The translations under genes and the position numbers were made by a program. A stretch of 63,758 nt of DNA, the filler included, from Lenisia limosa (Eukaryota > Protista > Breviatea): assembly GCA_001655205.1 (NCBI GenBank). It is 18 parts of 18 records of this genome, joined end to end, with 100 filler letters (N's around TTAATTAATTAA, not from the genome) between each part and the next. Parts side by side here need not be neighbours in the genome. Positions count along the whole stretch, not along the records: positions 4,980 to 21,315 come from LPNZ01008745.1; positions 21,416 to 24,163 come from LPNZ01002677.1; positions 24,264 to 26,026 come from LPNZ01009519.1; positions 26,127 to 27,258 come from LPNZ01008068.1; 14 more parts are not named here. One strand, written 5' to 3'. Shown here piece by piece: positions 14,101-27,358 of this stretch. The first letter of the stretch is position 1, and every line of letters begins with the position of its first letter. The notes under the pieces were generated by a model, which did not search any database, was not told the DNA's origin, and worked only from the letters and a program-made list of their open reading frames with translations.

Positions 14101-16810
14101 CATCGGAGTTCTATCCCCTCATCACAAACGCAGAAAGTGAGCTTACCGGTCTTTGTGTTACTATATCTATGCGGAAAGTGAGCTTACCGGTCTTTGTGTT
14201 ACTATATCTATTTTGGGGAGCTTGTTATAAACCATCATCCATCTCTTAGTCATCGGTATGATCCTTTCTAATGGGCTCTGACTCTCTAGATACCGTATTG
14301 GTTGCTCCGAATGCCAAACTCAGCTCATTGCATCAGTTCACGGAGTCAATAAGTTGGTTCATATCTAGTATTGATACGATATCAACAAAATATCTATCCC
14401 TTTAAAAGGGAATAAGGGATAAGAAATGAGTGATGATGGACTCTGCTTGTCAGCATAGTCTGTATACTTCCCATTTTTTTCTTGCTGCTGTCGCAAACAA
14501 TTAATGATAACTATGTTAAGACCCCTTTGATTTGATACGGCAATCTAAAATCACCTTCCTAGGGTTTGCTTCAGACCTGCATCACGTCTTCCGCCTCCCA
14601 ACGGTCAAGATACCTGCTACGGTTGCTGCGGCCATGTAGTTATATCAGATGTAATATATATATATACATGTACTATTGTAATATTGCGAGCTCTGAGACA
14701 TGTTGATAAATTGTTCATTATTTGCTGATTTAACCGTTTTAGAATCACGAAAATCCGCAAGCGTATGTTTCGGGGAGTTTAGGGGTGAAGTTGTTTTTTT
14801 TACTTTTGTGCCATTGTTTTCCTTAACAATTATTATTTTCCATGATATGTACTGGTAATAGTATATGATAGCTATATGTATTTTTAGCTTTGTTGTTTGT
14901 TTTTATTGAATTTTGTTCTGAAAGAACCTTTCAGTATTTTCTTCTTCTACTCCCCATCATGACGTTGTATAGGGATCAATGTGCCCCAAATCAGGATTTC
15001 AGTTTCCCAAGAGTTCCAATTGGTATCGGTTTAGGTAAGTGGAGTGACCCGCATGTCTTCATTCGAAACCTCACAGAGAGTTAGTTATTCGCCAACCAAT
15101 TGGGCGAAATAACATTAGAGACACCAGTCAATATCTCTTCAGACATGATATTGTGACGCTTCATTCCATAGGCCCCGGAACGTTTGGAGTCAATGGGCAT
15201 GTGCGGCCCGTTCTGAGGGACTGTCACGCCCTCGGCTGCGTCGAACCGTCTGGTGTCGCTCTGGGTTGGTGGTGCTGTCCAATTGATACTCGAAGGGAAA
15301 ATAATATCAACACTCACGTTCCTTCCCCTCAGCACACATAGCCTCGGGCTTCTCACGGCCCACGGACCTTTTTGTGTGTCTAGCCTCGCGCGCACCCGAA
15401 TGTGTGAACGACATTCTCGAAGACTATGCTACTGTGCTTCCACCAGGTTTGAATTGATTCAGCCTGATTGCACTCCTCATTTCCACATCATGCCATATTA
15501 AGGGCTTCCTTGGTTACGGACAGTGTATTGAATGGCTAGTCTAACGCCCGACCAAGCTCGTTTTATGCTTTCAAACCCTTGTGCCNNNNNNNNNNNNNNN
15601 NNNNNNNNNNNNNNNNNNNNNNNNNNNNNNNNNNNNNNNNNNNNNNNNNNNNNNNNNNNNNGGATTATGATACTGTTTACCTCAAAAGAAGGGTCTTCAG
15701 GGTCTTACAAATGCAGCCAGGTGGGTAATTGGGTGACCCAAAAATGATTAGATTCTATTATATTGGAGTCTATGCTGTGTCTATTTAGTTGAATTCCCTA
15801 CTGAGCTAAGAATGACATTTTTAGTTAAACCCCTTGTCAATGAATTGCGAAATTGCATTGGCAGAGAGGTTGGTACTACACATTTAAAGCCGTCATCCAA
15901 ATCTCACTAGTGCGAGAAACACCCAAGCCTCATATAGCCATAACTATCCCAGTCTCAGTTCATACTACTATGAATACGTGTAACGCGAATCTCACAACCT
16001 TCCCCCTTAGCTGATATCAATGACACTTCGGCCAAAATCCAAGCCTGGCCAACCCAGTTCAACCCCCACACTTCCTTCAGAGCCCAAATCCTTCAAGGTT
16101 CGCGGGATTGTGTTCTCTCGCCGTTTCTTCTGTCATTTGGATTATCTAACCTATATCAATATTTTTTGGATTACTACTACACCATCAATTCAGACCCATT
16201 CCATTGCAACACTATCACTGCACATGTATAATGGACGTTTCGGATGGGCATNNNNNNNNNNNNNNNNNNNNNNNNNNNNNNNNNNNNNNNNNNNNNNNNN
16301 NNNNNNNNNNNNNNNNNNNNNNNNNNNNNNNNNNNNNNNNNNNNNNNNNNNNNNNNNNNNNNNNNNNNNNNNNNNTCACGAGAAGCAGGTAAGCTGCTTT
16401 CCGGGACAACGCTCTATATAGGAAAGCATTTGGTTGTTAGGGCTTACATAAGGTCCGAAAATAGTAGATACCAAGAAACGCCATGATTGCCGCTTTATTA
16501 CCCATTTCCCTAACAAATAGGCCGGCCTCGCCCTTCACGCCTCCTTCGAAACTTCCAGAGGAGTGTGCCCAGATAGTGCCGCAGGTCAGTTCACACTCTC
16601 AGTGAAGGTTCTTGTTAATTGGAATATACATCATACCATATCTCTTAGATGATGGCTTAGGCTAGATACTACCTTTATCGAATCAACTCCCCGTCCTTCT
16701 TTGCATCATCTTACCTCATAGACCCTGGTGTCATCATATCTGACGCTCTATTCGAGCAGCCTCCCAGTTACCCCGCTTTTTGTAGATGTCGACAACCCCA
16801 TCCCAAAGGT
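5142..16810 (+). CDS. Very large multi-exon gene (possibly two) encoding a polytopic membrane protein with a soluble C-terminal part, unknown family
   Basis: More than 25 GT-AG-bounded open segments on plus, many hydrophobic, e.g. KYLVAFWVMIIVTEVITSH (6033-6491 ORF), YTIFILWFLLNTHFAFSSRIPLW, ISFLVELIAVMGGLK, MLISVFISLTSLIFVF; several internal N gaps. Confidence 0.65.
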
Positions 16811-17049
16811 ATGCCTCTCATGGTTGCTTTTGTTTTGTTTTCCAGCCCCTAATGTACCTAGGCGTTGACACGAATTGACAAGTTAGTCAACCGCCAGAAC
16901 TACATTTTTTCCTCTTCTGTTTCGGCCAAGGTTGGCCAAGGAATGATAGAAAAAAAAATCAAATAACAGCAGAACAGATACATGCCAACATTTGATAAAG
17001 GCCCATCTCTACAGCCATAGCACAACCAAATATTTGATAAATGACACTG

Positions 17050-20000
17050 TGGAATTACCCGGTCATCAGGCTAATCAATACCACCAGCTCCGACTTGGTC
17101 AGTCCCCTGTCATGCCGCACGAATCGTCCACTGATACCGCTCTCAGCATGGTATAGCCGCAGCCTGAGCAGCATGGTTGCTTATTTATTTCATTTTTATG
17201 GTAATGTTTCCAAGCCCCCCCCCCCCATTTCATTTGATACAGTTTATTTTTTTACATTGAATTAATAACACACAGCACTAGTTAGACAATTAGAAACAAA
17301 CAAAAAGGGTAACAACAGAAAATAAAATAAAAATCAACTAGAAATACTTGGAATGAACAAACTGGCTCAACCCTCGGGCATTGAGTGTGTTTTGCCTCTT
17401 CAGAAGGGACATATGTGACCGCCTCCTACTCCGTAAACTGAATTGGATTGTGGGAAAAGGACGCAAATGAGAATGTGTTTTTGTCAACGAAGATGGAGCC
17501 TTGTCAAAGCCGTCCACCACGTTTTGACAGAACATCGAACAAGGAGAATACAGTAATAATACTTATGAGCTTCAGTCGGAATCGCAAGGCTTACTCTTTG
17601 GGTGACTCGACTTGTACAATCGTCTGAAGCATCAGTAGAATCATTGAGGATAAAATATAAACCACAAAGGCGAAAAAACTGTGGGCCCTCAGTATGATTG
17701 TGGTTTAGTTGCCTCTCCTACCATAGTCTCAGGCACAAGGGCATCTGAGCGCCTTGAGACGACAAATAGCGGAAGAGACGTTCTAAGAGGGGTCAGGAAG
17801 GCGAATACGGAAGGGGTTCTCTGATTTCTGGGTACATTTGTTATTGAACTGCCTTCCTGTAGTGTTCTTTGTACCATGGAGAGAGGCAAGCGGGATATCG
17901 AAAGGAGACAAAACAGCGATAGCGATAAATCAGCAACCCAGTAGTAGCCAACTTATTGGGCAGGCGAGGGTGCCGAACCTCCACAGATTGACTTGAATCA
18001 GAAGAGGCGAAATCAGGGGAATCTGCAGGCGTTGTGTTGGGTGTCTTGCTGGAAGGGTTAGGTCTGAGGAGTTTAGTACAAAGAAAACCAAATATGGTAA
18101 TAGGAAGTCAAGAGTAGAAGCTCACAGGTTTAAGTCGACAAACGTATTGATGGGGACTGAGTTGTACACTGAACGGTCGAGGTTGAGGATAAACTCCGAG
18201 TCTGTAACCTAGGCAAATTAAAAATATAACAATAACCAAGACCCTCCCCCCGGTAGGTCCGCAAATCCCACCAACTAATTCGTCCTCAATGTAGCTGGTC
18301 AAAACAGTGCTGGCTAAAGAGATGAGAGTCGACATAGAACATAACATGGGAATCTCTTCATCCATGCACAAGCCCACTCTTAGCCGCCACGCAGTTGCTT
18401 CCTGACTCCCAGAACATGAACATCGGACGAAGGTTTCCGACAACAGTGGCCAAAAATGAGCCTAAGAAAAAATGAACAACAAATAAAAGTGGTAGTATGC
18501 GGCTATGAGTCCCCTCACCGCTTGCCGCAGCAACTTTGAAGGAGGGGTGGCCTGATGTTCTGGTACCGTTTTGTCGCTGAGTCTCAAGAAACAGGAGGGC
18601 TAGCTCTGAGAAATGAACACTATTACTTCTGGAGAGTACCACGTAATGGGACTAATTATTTCCAAGAACAAAGCTACTCGTTAACAAAGTGTAAAATATG
18701 GTATCATCATACCGACTTCAGGTAGGTCTTCTCATTCAATAGACAGTATTCATTGATATGTTTACTACTGAAGTGAAGCACTTGTTATACAGCAAAACGC
18801 ACGTTTTGATAGGGCTGGGTATAGTAAGGACTCATACTTTCAGTAGACAATCCCACCAACCTGCTAGGGCATTCGCATGTAAATCCGCAGTACCAGGCAA
18901 ACCAGCAACAGCAAACATCTCAACTGAATCATCAGACAAATCAGGGCTGTCCTGATATGTACCTTGTGTATTAGGGCATTTAAATTAGTTGGTCACAAAA
19001 ACTAGGTATCAAATTCTCGATAAAATATCCAAATTTACAGGGAATAGGGATCATAATATTCGCCCTTTTGGTACCTCGCACATCCTTGGCTAGTAAGCCC
19101 ATATCCCTCGCACATCCTTGGCTAAAGCCCATATCCCTCGCACATCCTTGGCTAGTAAGCAGGAGACAGTGCTTCCGTGCCATTTGCTCGAAACAGTCAA
19201 TTGCTTCCGAAAGCAAAACTGCAACCTGGGGTGGGGGGGGGGGAGNNNNNNNNNNNNNNNNNNNNNNNNNNNNNNNNNNNNNNNNNNNNNNNNNNNNNNN
19301 NNNNNNNNNNNNNNNNNNNNNNNNNNNNNNNNNNNNNNNNNNNNNNNNNNNNNNNNNNNNNNNNNNNNNNNNNNNNNNNNNNNNNNNNNNNNNNNNNNNN
19401 NNNNNNNNNNNNNNNNNNNNNNNNNNNNNNNNNNNNNNNNNNNNNNNNNNNNNNNNNNNNNNNNNGAAATGATAAAAAAATCCGACTTATTAACGGTAAA
19501 AGCAACCTTCTGGTGGAGAGAAAAAAATGAAGGAAATGCTCGAAAAAGAAAAAGGGTCTCTCAGCCCAGCTCTCTCCAACCCAGCATACATCAGCAGAAT
19601 TGACAGTGAACATGAGCTCGTTGAAGTTGCTGAAGGCTAACTGCAGGAATCAGATTCACAAGATCCATCATTCAATGTGAACACCAAATTAAAAAACTCT
19701 GGAAAAAAATCAATAATAGGAAAGCTATGAATCAGTGTGTTTTTTTGGGGGAACGGGGTCAAGAAAAGAAATAAGATGTTGAAATATACCATAAGGATCG
19801 CTCGGTATCACATCAAAGCCACCACGACATAGCAATTATTTGCATTGTAAACAATTATAGGCCACACTCCCCACCCTCAACAGGGAAGTGGACTCGTAGT
19901 ATTCTATCTTCGGCGTAGAAGAGAGAACATTTGTCACCGTGTGTGCAGGCAGAAGGAGAAGAAGCTGACTAGTAAACAGGGATTATTGATCGTGTGGCCA

Positions 20001-21300
20001 CTCAAATATCATTCATCGCTTTTGAATGGCCAAATTGAAAAGAAGTACTATCCTCTAGCTCGAAGCCCCCTCACCACGTCCATAGTGACTGAGAGTCTGT
20101 CCTCCAGCTCGAAGCCGATGCCATGAACATGCCGCCATCCCCCGTCAACCACCTCCAGAAACCGGAAGAAGAATACGCCAATGAAGCACATTGCCAACCC
20201 TATTGGATAAAATGGGAAAGAAGATGTGGCAAAACACGTTACAGCATGGAATACAGATTCATGTCAGCTCACAGATATTGTTAATAAAGAAATTTCGAGG
20301 TCAACTATTGCCTGCTCACCAAGAATGAAGGTGTCTCTCCAAGGGAAACCCAAATGGACGCACACAACGAGGCCCTAAAACGATGAGAGAACTGTGAATG
20401 TAATTAATATGAGATTATGTTTTATATACGGTTGAGAGTTTTCACTTTCTTTTAGGGAATCCTCGGGGGAATACAGTATGTTTGGAGGGAAAGATGTTGC
20501 CAAGGAAACAACCATAAAACTCCCTCGAAAACATAAACAAGCTCTTCTTCCAATTATAGGTATCAAAACCAACACAATAGAGAATAGCAACAAAAGGACC
20601 CCCTCACGGTTAGGATGATCAATGGCGTTTGGATGAGATACTGCCAACGATAGTAGAGAAAGAAAAGCGACGCTGCGATGGTGTATATCATTTCAGCACA
20701 GAAGTACTCGTAGCCATGAAGTGTGCCCGCGTGAAACTGCAAACCACTAATTAAACCAAATAACGAACTTATTAAAATGAGGCAGTGAAAAAACACCTTT
20801 AAACGGTATTTTGATTAGAAACTTCAGAGAGAAAAACAAGAATCTGAGCCCAACCCCATGCCCCACGTTTGCCCTCTGGTCAACCGCCATATTGTAGAGT
20901 GACTGGAACACCAAAAAAGCCGCGGAAATACTCCACAACACATACACCAGCGGCTCGAGTGCGTGGATCCTCGACATTGCTTTGGTCTTGACAAGCGCCA
21001 AGCAAGCGTTTAAGGAAATCAGGAAAATCGAAGGAAAGACTGTAAGGGTCAAGCTCCATCCATGTCCTCCCATTATATACTCAATACTATGCGATACCCT
21101 CAGTTTGAAAACTTCGTTTGGTCATTGCACAAAAGGAATTCCCTCCAACAAAGCCATCTTGCAGTAATAGCCCTCAGGTAGAGAGACATGAGGTAGTACA
21201 CAAACACCAGGCAGCTTGTCAACTGGATCGTTGGTAAGATAAAAATTGTAAACTGTATTTACAAGGGGGGATGTTGCCCAATAACTGGTTCCAGGTACAA
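17050..21300 (-). CDS. Large multi-exon gene, N-terminal multi-TM region plus soluble region, unknown family (5-prime truncated)
   Basis: Minus-strand exons with gtgagc/gtgagg donors: TVFPSIFLISLNACLALVK.., FHAGTLHGYEYFCAEMIYTIAASLFFLYYRW, GLVVCVHLGFPWRDTFIL, GLAMCFIGVFFFRFLEVV, ELALLFLETQRQNG. Confidence 0.6.
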
Positions 21301-21439
21301 TGAGTATCCCTTCCCNNNNNNNNNNNNNNNNNNNNNNNNNNNNNNNNNNNNNNNNNNNNTTAATTAATTAANNNNNNNNNNNNNNNNNNNNNNNNNNNNN
21401 NNNNNNNNNNNNNNNCAGAAAGAAAACTACAAAAATAAC

Positions 21440-23700
21440 ATTTTTGGCTACAATTTGAGCACAAGGGGGTCAAAATACAATTCAGCCCACCAGAAGGGCG
21501 CATTGAGAATCGGCTTTCGGCCACACACCGCACCCGCGATCGTCGGGGGGCAACTGGGGTGGGGGTGGGGGTGAACCGAAGGAAATTTCGATGAAGAACA
21601 TTGGCGTAAAGATATTAATCACGATCCGAATAATCAGAAACTCTCAACAAACAAAACAAAAAAAAACAAGCAACCACAAAATCAACTCTGTTGGCTTGAA
21701 AGCAACAAAACAAAGCTCAAAAAAAAAAAAAGGTTGNNNNNNNNNNNNNNNNNNNNNNNNNNNNNNNNNNNNNNNNNNNNNNNNNNNNNNNNNNNNNNNN
21801 NNNNNNNNNNNNNNNNNNNNNNNNNNNNNNNNNNNNNNNNNNNNNNNNNNNNNNTTTTTTTTGTTTTTTTACATAAATGTGTTGGAGTAATATTAGTTAG
21901 ACATAGGAGTATTATAAGTTTAACAGGGGGTAGAAACAAAGTATTACATCCAAAGAGACATGCTAACCGGGAGGGACATGACGCAGGGTTAACAGCAGCG
22001 GATTACTGTCATGTGCTAAAATCTGATGTGGTGAAGGGAATCCGTCGAGAGGAGGAATAGAAATGGTGTATCTGGACGAATTGGTCCGTCAACATCACGC
22101 TTGAAGAATCGGATTAAGAGAAATAGCAACATTCAGGGCCGTTAGATAGACCTGTTATACCTGTAGCAACAATATAAATCTGAAGACAAACATGCAAAAT
22201 AGTCATTGATATCCCAAGTTTATATCACTTTTTAGGTAGTATTCACAAATGTCAACTGATAACTCATATCAACCAATTAACACAGTTTATCAAGGTTTGT
22301 TGGTCTGAAGACAATTGTTGGAATCTTGTTGGCAATGACAAGTCTCAATTGTAATACACTCAGGAGTGCATCTTCTTTTTAAATTTCGAATCGTGAGTTC
22401 TCAAAAGTTGCCTTACCTCAAGTTAATATGCAAAACCAGCTACTCACCTCCCTCAAGTTAATATGCGAAACATCGAGGACATTAGCAAGAGAGTCCTTCT
22501 GAAATGCTATGACGTCAACACCGTCAGCCCCGGGTACCAAGGTACAATGTCGCGGCATCCTGGGTGTTAATAAGAGGTACATGTGTATGTACAATATATT
22601 ACATGTACCATGTTATGTACAGTATATTAGTCCAATTATTTACCAATGGCTATTCAATCTGTTAATGTTCTGACTATAGTTAATAGCAAGATGTCCATAA
22701 CGTTTCACTGAGTGTTATAACTTCCGTAACTCAATTGTTGCATGGATGGCAAAACAAAAAAATATCTTTAAAAAAGGGTAGATATTTCCATGAAAACGCC
22801 TGCAACATCCTCCTTACCATTGGTCATACGCATCGGAGCTAAGGGACTCTTTTGTGTTCCAGAGAAATGCTGGGAATATGGCATCTGTTTTCTAAAGGGT
22901 TTGAGAATATGTAGAATTTAGAAATGGATAAGCAAGTATCTGGCCAATGCCGTCCACTCCGCTACTTCTTTAAGAGTTATTGATTTTAGTAAATGGTACT
23001 TAATCATATACCTTACAGCTATTTCGTGGATATTGATGCGAAAGAAACAAGTTTGTAGTATATGACCGAAATAGAGGAAAAGGTATTATCTTTGGTTCGA
23101 GCATTATATCAATAGCCGTTTGCACATATGCATGTATTGCATGTCGATATGTCTTTCGGGAATTTTTCAGACAAATTGGTGACTAATCAGTCCCCATGAC
23201 AGACAACACTATACAGTTCAATGTACACGTGGTGGTTTTCAAAACGGTATTTGAAAATGAGCCAAATCAGAACAAATAATCTCAAGATAAAACTTTAAAG
23301 TATTCAATAGAAGCTCTAATTTGATGTTTAACACAGAGTTTATTAGGATTCAAAACACAGAAATATAATGAGGAGTTGTGAGTAAAGGTGCCGCTTCCGA
23401 TCTCTCAAAACAACTTTGAAGAAGGGGTCATGATATATTGTACTTTTCCAGGTAAAATCTCAACACCTTTCGTCTTGACACGAGGAAGTGAGCCACGGCA
23501 CCTTCTGCTGAAACGATAGCTGGAGGGAAGGTCCCTCTATCTAAACAAGTGAGTTGACAACTTAAAACGTCCTGATAAGCAGCTGATCTGGTTTTAAATA
23601 CAATTTCTTACCTATAGAAGTGGAGTAGGACTTCTGAGAGGAGTTGCCTGGGTTGGGACTTAGCGACATTGTCGCTCCAAACGTCCTGTACTCGGCTTTA
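21440..23700 (-). CDS. Partial multi-exon gene, unknown product
   Basis: Exons MPRHCTLVPGADGVDVIAFQKDSLANVLDVSHINLRE (ends 22448, gtgagt), EYRTFGATMSLSPNPGNSSQKSYSTSI (gtaag), LPPTIAGAVCGRKPILNAPF (starts 21553). Confidence 0.5.
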
Positions 23701-24882
23701 GAAAGGTCTTTAACTGTTTATATGTAGTTCAGTTGTATATTTCTATATATTCAATCAAGAAGCGGATTCTGAATTTTCAAAAATAAAAATGAACTTTTAT
23801 TAGAGCAACCTGGGGGCACACTGCCCTTCAACTTCCCACTCCCCGCCATTTATTTTTCATATTAATAATCCTCAGCATCGCATCTCTTCCTTTTGATATA
23901 AAGCTATCAAGCCCAACATTGCCCCATTAACCTATTTTGTGATCTAAAGAGAAGACGATAAACATATCACCTCCCAACAGTTGCCCGATACTTTGAGTTT
24001 TTGGCTAATACGAACGTTTTGCTGTCTCAACGTCGTGTGATGGCTGGAGGGGTAGGCTTGGGATACTTGTGTTTTGAATTGGGTAAGTTGATCTACAATG
24101 TATATTTTTATTCTTGGGGTCGGACTATATCCTTGTTATGATAATGATTGGGTAACCTATGGGNNNNNNNNNNNNNNNNNNNNNNNNNNNNNNNNNNNNN
24201 NNNNNNNTTAATTAATTAANNNNNNNNNNNNNNNNNNNNNNNNNNNNNNNNNNNNNNNNNNNNCCCCCCCCCCCCCTAGACGAAGAGCATTCCCCGAATC
24301 CCCTCAAACCGCGTGTTCCCCACACCCACTCCGACTGAATCGGTTGGTCCAGTTGCATTTCTTAGTGTTGGTACTAAAGGTTGCTAAGCGTCAATGTTTA
24401 TCGAAAGAATAAGTCCGAATCCCTCTTCCTTTTTGCTCTTTTTTTGCTCTTTTTTGCTCCTTATCGCACCCCCCCCCCTCCAAACATCAACATCAAAGTT
24501 CTGTTGTCATGTCATTTTAACGTCCTAGTCCAACGGAGATGCATTTGAGGCTGAAGGAAGGCCAAAGCTAATGACTCACCAGGTGGGCTGCGACCTATCT
24601 TTTTTAAAAAATATGTATTGAATACAAGACAAGGGAAACAAATACACATGAGGACCATATGTCAGGGGGAAGCGTCTTGAGCGTGAGCGAAAACACCGAA
24701 TGCTTAATTTTGAATTTTGTCTATTTTTTTTTTGGTATTTCTGAGCTCATCACATCCCACCAAACTGTAATTCAAACAGGGCACACCCGAGGTCATCCCC
24801 CCCCCCCNNNNNNNNNNNNNNNNNNNNNNNNNNNNNNNNNNNNNNNNNNNNNNNNNNNNNNNNNNNNNNNNNNNNNNNNNNN

Positions 24883-25915
24883 TGAAGACTCTTTCAAACC
24901 GCTTCCGTTTCAGACATATTCTTCTGAGTGTTCAGCACCGGGAAATGGAATCCGCATACTCCCTGGTCTATGTGAGGGGGGGTCTCTTTTTCTGCTTGAA
25001 TGTGGTGATATTTGTACCACCCCATGAAAATAGCTCTCGTCCTGACCACTTCTGACTAGGGCTTCCCTTCGGTTCGAAAAAAGACTGCATTTCTCGAAAA
25101 CTCCTCGATATTTTTTGAACCCAAGTGAACCACTTCTGACCCTCCAGAGACTCGTATTGCTGACTACTTTGCTTCTTGTCATTACCACCTTCTGTGCATG
25201 GTCTATTAGAGATGATAAAAGGTTGGCTCCGCTTCAATCGCAGAATAGTTGGTAGAGAAATAATAATATACATTAGAAATCTAGGGAAACAAATAAATAC
25301 ATAGGGTTACCAAAAATCAATTACCATACTTCCGCGCCCACGCTCCTCGGCGGCCTCCGCCCCAGCTTTACGGTGAACCTGTTCAAATGTTACACAAACC
25401 CTGTACCAATGTGACGTGGTCCTGTTACTGAGGCTCACCACCCAGTATGGAAACGTCCGCCTTAGTCCTCAGTGGTCTGACCCATGCTCTCATTGCAGTT
25501 TCGCTCATGACTGTCGTGTCCTTATTGTACAGATCGGTAAGCTTGGTAACAGGCATCAATATCTCAAACTATTACTTCATTTGAGGTCTCTCGTCTCTAT
25601 CCTGCCTGTAGAATCGCCTGCTATACTCTCATCTTTTATCCTGACCGCATATTTCGCTATTAATCACAGTTTTTACGCGTTATATTTTTAACATTGTAAT
25701 ACCCTATGCATTATTGAGTGCATAGGTACACATTAGCATTTCATTCCGCCCTTAGCATTTCATTCCGCCCTGAGCATTTCATTCCGCCCTTAGCATTTCA
25801 TTCCGCCCTTAGCATTTTCCGCCCTGTCACCATACAGTCGCTACCTTCGGGTGTTACTAAGCAGCATCTCGAACAGATCATCGACTACTGTTACCCTGGG
25901 AGGAAGATCTCTTTC
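24883..25915 (-). CDS. Partial multi-exon gene, unknown product; strand probable, not certain
   Basis: Minus-strand open segments DLPPRVTVVDDLFEMLLSNTR, KLTDLYNKDTTVMSETAMRAWVRPLRTKADVSILG (gtgagc donor), and a segment ending at a gtatgg donor near 25328. Confidence 0.4.
25058..25133. mobile_element. MITE family A, shortened copy flanked by a 12-bp direct repeat
   Basis: agggcttcccttcggttcgaaaaaagac..ttttttgaacccaagtga; accacttctgac at 25045-25056 and 25129-25140. Confidence 0.7.
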
Positions 25916-26026
25916 GTGGGGGGGAGGGGAGATACCCTGGGAGGAAGATCTCTTTTGTGGGGTACGCTGGGAGGAAGATCTCTTTTGTGGGGTACCCTGG
26001 GAGGAAGATCTCTTTTGTGGGGTACC
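25892..26026. repeat. 30-bp tandem array (at least 4 copies) overlapping an exon boundary, running into the contig end
   Basis: taccctgggaggaagatctcttt(c/t)gtgggg repeated; a separate 19-bp array ttagcatttcattccgccc lies at 25735-25825. Confidence 0.9.
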
Positions 26027-26139
26027 NNNNNNNNNNNNNNNNNNNNNNNNNNNNNNNNNNNNNNNNNNNNTTAATTAATTAANNNNNNNNNNNNNNNNNN
26101 NNNNNNNNNNNNNNNNNNNNNNNNNNCCCCCTATGCGAG

Positions 26140-27050
26140 GTCCATTCGTGTTCGTCCGATTACAATCTCTGCCTTATGCAAGCAGATCGTTAGGGGGTAC
26201 AATCTCTGCCTCATGCAAGCAGGCCTTAAGGGGGTATTTATGAAGGACCGTGCATTCTTTTCTTTCTTTTTTTGCAGTAAAGTCTCCATTGAAACTAGGA
26301 TCACAAAGATAAAGTCTCTATTGAAACTAGTATCTTAGAGATACAGCTCTGCTGTAAACATCACTCCAGAACAATTCTCTTATTCACCCTCCCTCAGATG
26401 TATTTGCACCACGCCTGCCCCCCTTGGACTTTTATTATTTTGTTTCATAAATTTTGTCCAATTTTACTTCCCCCTCCCCCCCCAGCTCACCATATGGGCC
26501 AAGTTATGATGACCAAAGGACTGCCATACTACGAGAATTACGCTCCCACCTTCTTCGCAATCGCTGGTTGGGGGGGTTCTGTTGGGGGAATGGTTGGGGG
26601 GATTAAGACAGGATTGTTTTGAAAAAAAAGAAATAAAGGGGGGCTTTTTGTTGGTGGTATGTAAGGCTTCACTTCGGTTCGAAAAAGACCGCTAAATTAT
26701 CGATAGTTTTCGAGGATTTATCAAGAAATTCAGTCTTTTTATGAACCATTGTTAAAACAATAAATAATGGAATAATGGGGGGGGGGGGTANNNNNNNNNN
26801 NNNNNNNNNNNNNNNNNNNNNNNNNNNNNNNNNNNNNNNNNNNNNNNNNNNNNNNNNNNNNNNNNNNNNNNNNNNNNNNNNNNNNNCATCTAAATACTAT
26901 GAGGAATCGCTTCCCTACGTTCCGAATAAAGATATTTTCAAGGATTTAGTCCTTTGATACAATATGACTTTTCCTATTGGTGCTATTGTAACGTCCTCCA
27001 TATCACCAGTGTAGTTACCTATGCCAAGGGCCATCTGGGGTAAGAGGACT
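26140..27050 (+). CDS. Partial multi-exon gene, unknown product
   Basis: Exons SIRVRPITISALCKQI, AHHMGQVMMTKGLPYYENYAPTFFAIA (after ccccag 26484-26485), VVTYAKGHLG (gtaaga). Confidence 0.5.
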
Positions 27051-27358
27051 TCAGCTCGGTGTTTTGAGCAGGAGCTTGTACTCCGTGTAATCACTCCAGC
27101 CCGAAAAAGTTCTGAAAACTATCGATAATTTCACCTTATTTTTTATTTCTCATCGCTATGTTATTATTGATAATCTATCGAGTTTCTGTCACTTTTTGGA
27201 TCGGAATGAAGCCCAAGACAAGGAGTCATTTTATGCTTCAATGAACCACATAATAATTNNNNNNNNNNNNNNNNNNNNNNNNNNNNNNNNNNNNNNNNNN
27301 NNTTAATTAATTAANNNNNNNNNNNNNNNNNNNNNNNNNNNNNNNNNNNNNNNNNNNN

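Noticed and set aside
25330-25382. Non-standard genetic code (TAA = Gln), suggested by GSP*SWAEAAEERGRG
   Set aside because: RPL7A ends in TAA at the expected C-terminus, and the conserved genes show no in-frame TAA/TAG; an alternative acceptor or frame explains this segment.
26887-26957. Exon SKYYEESLPYVPNKDIF
   Set aside because: The sequence gcttccctacgttccgaataaag is a type-2 MITE A arm.
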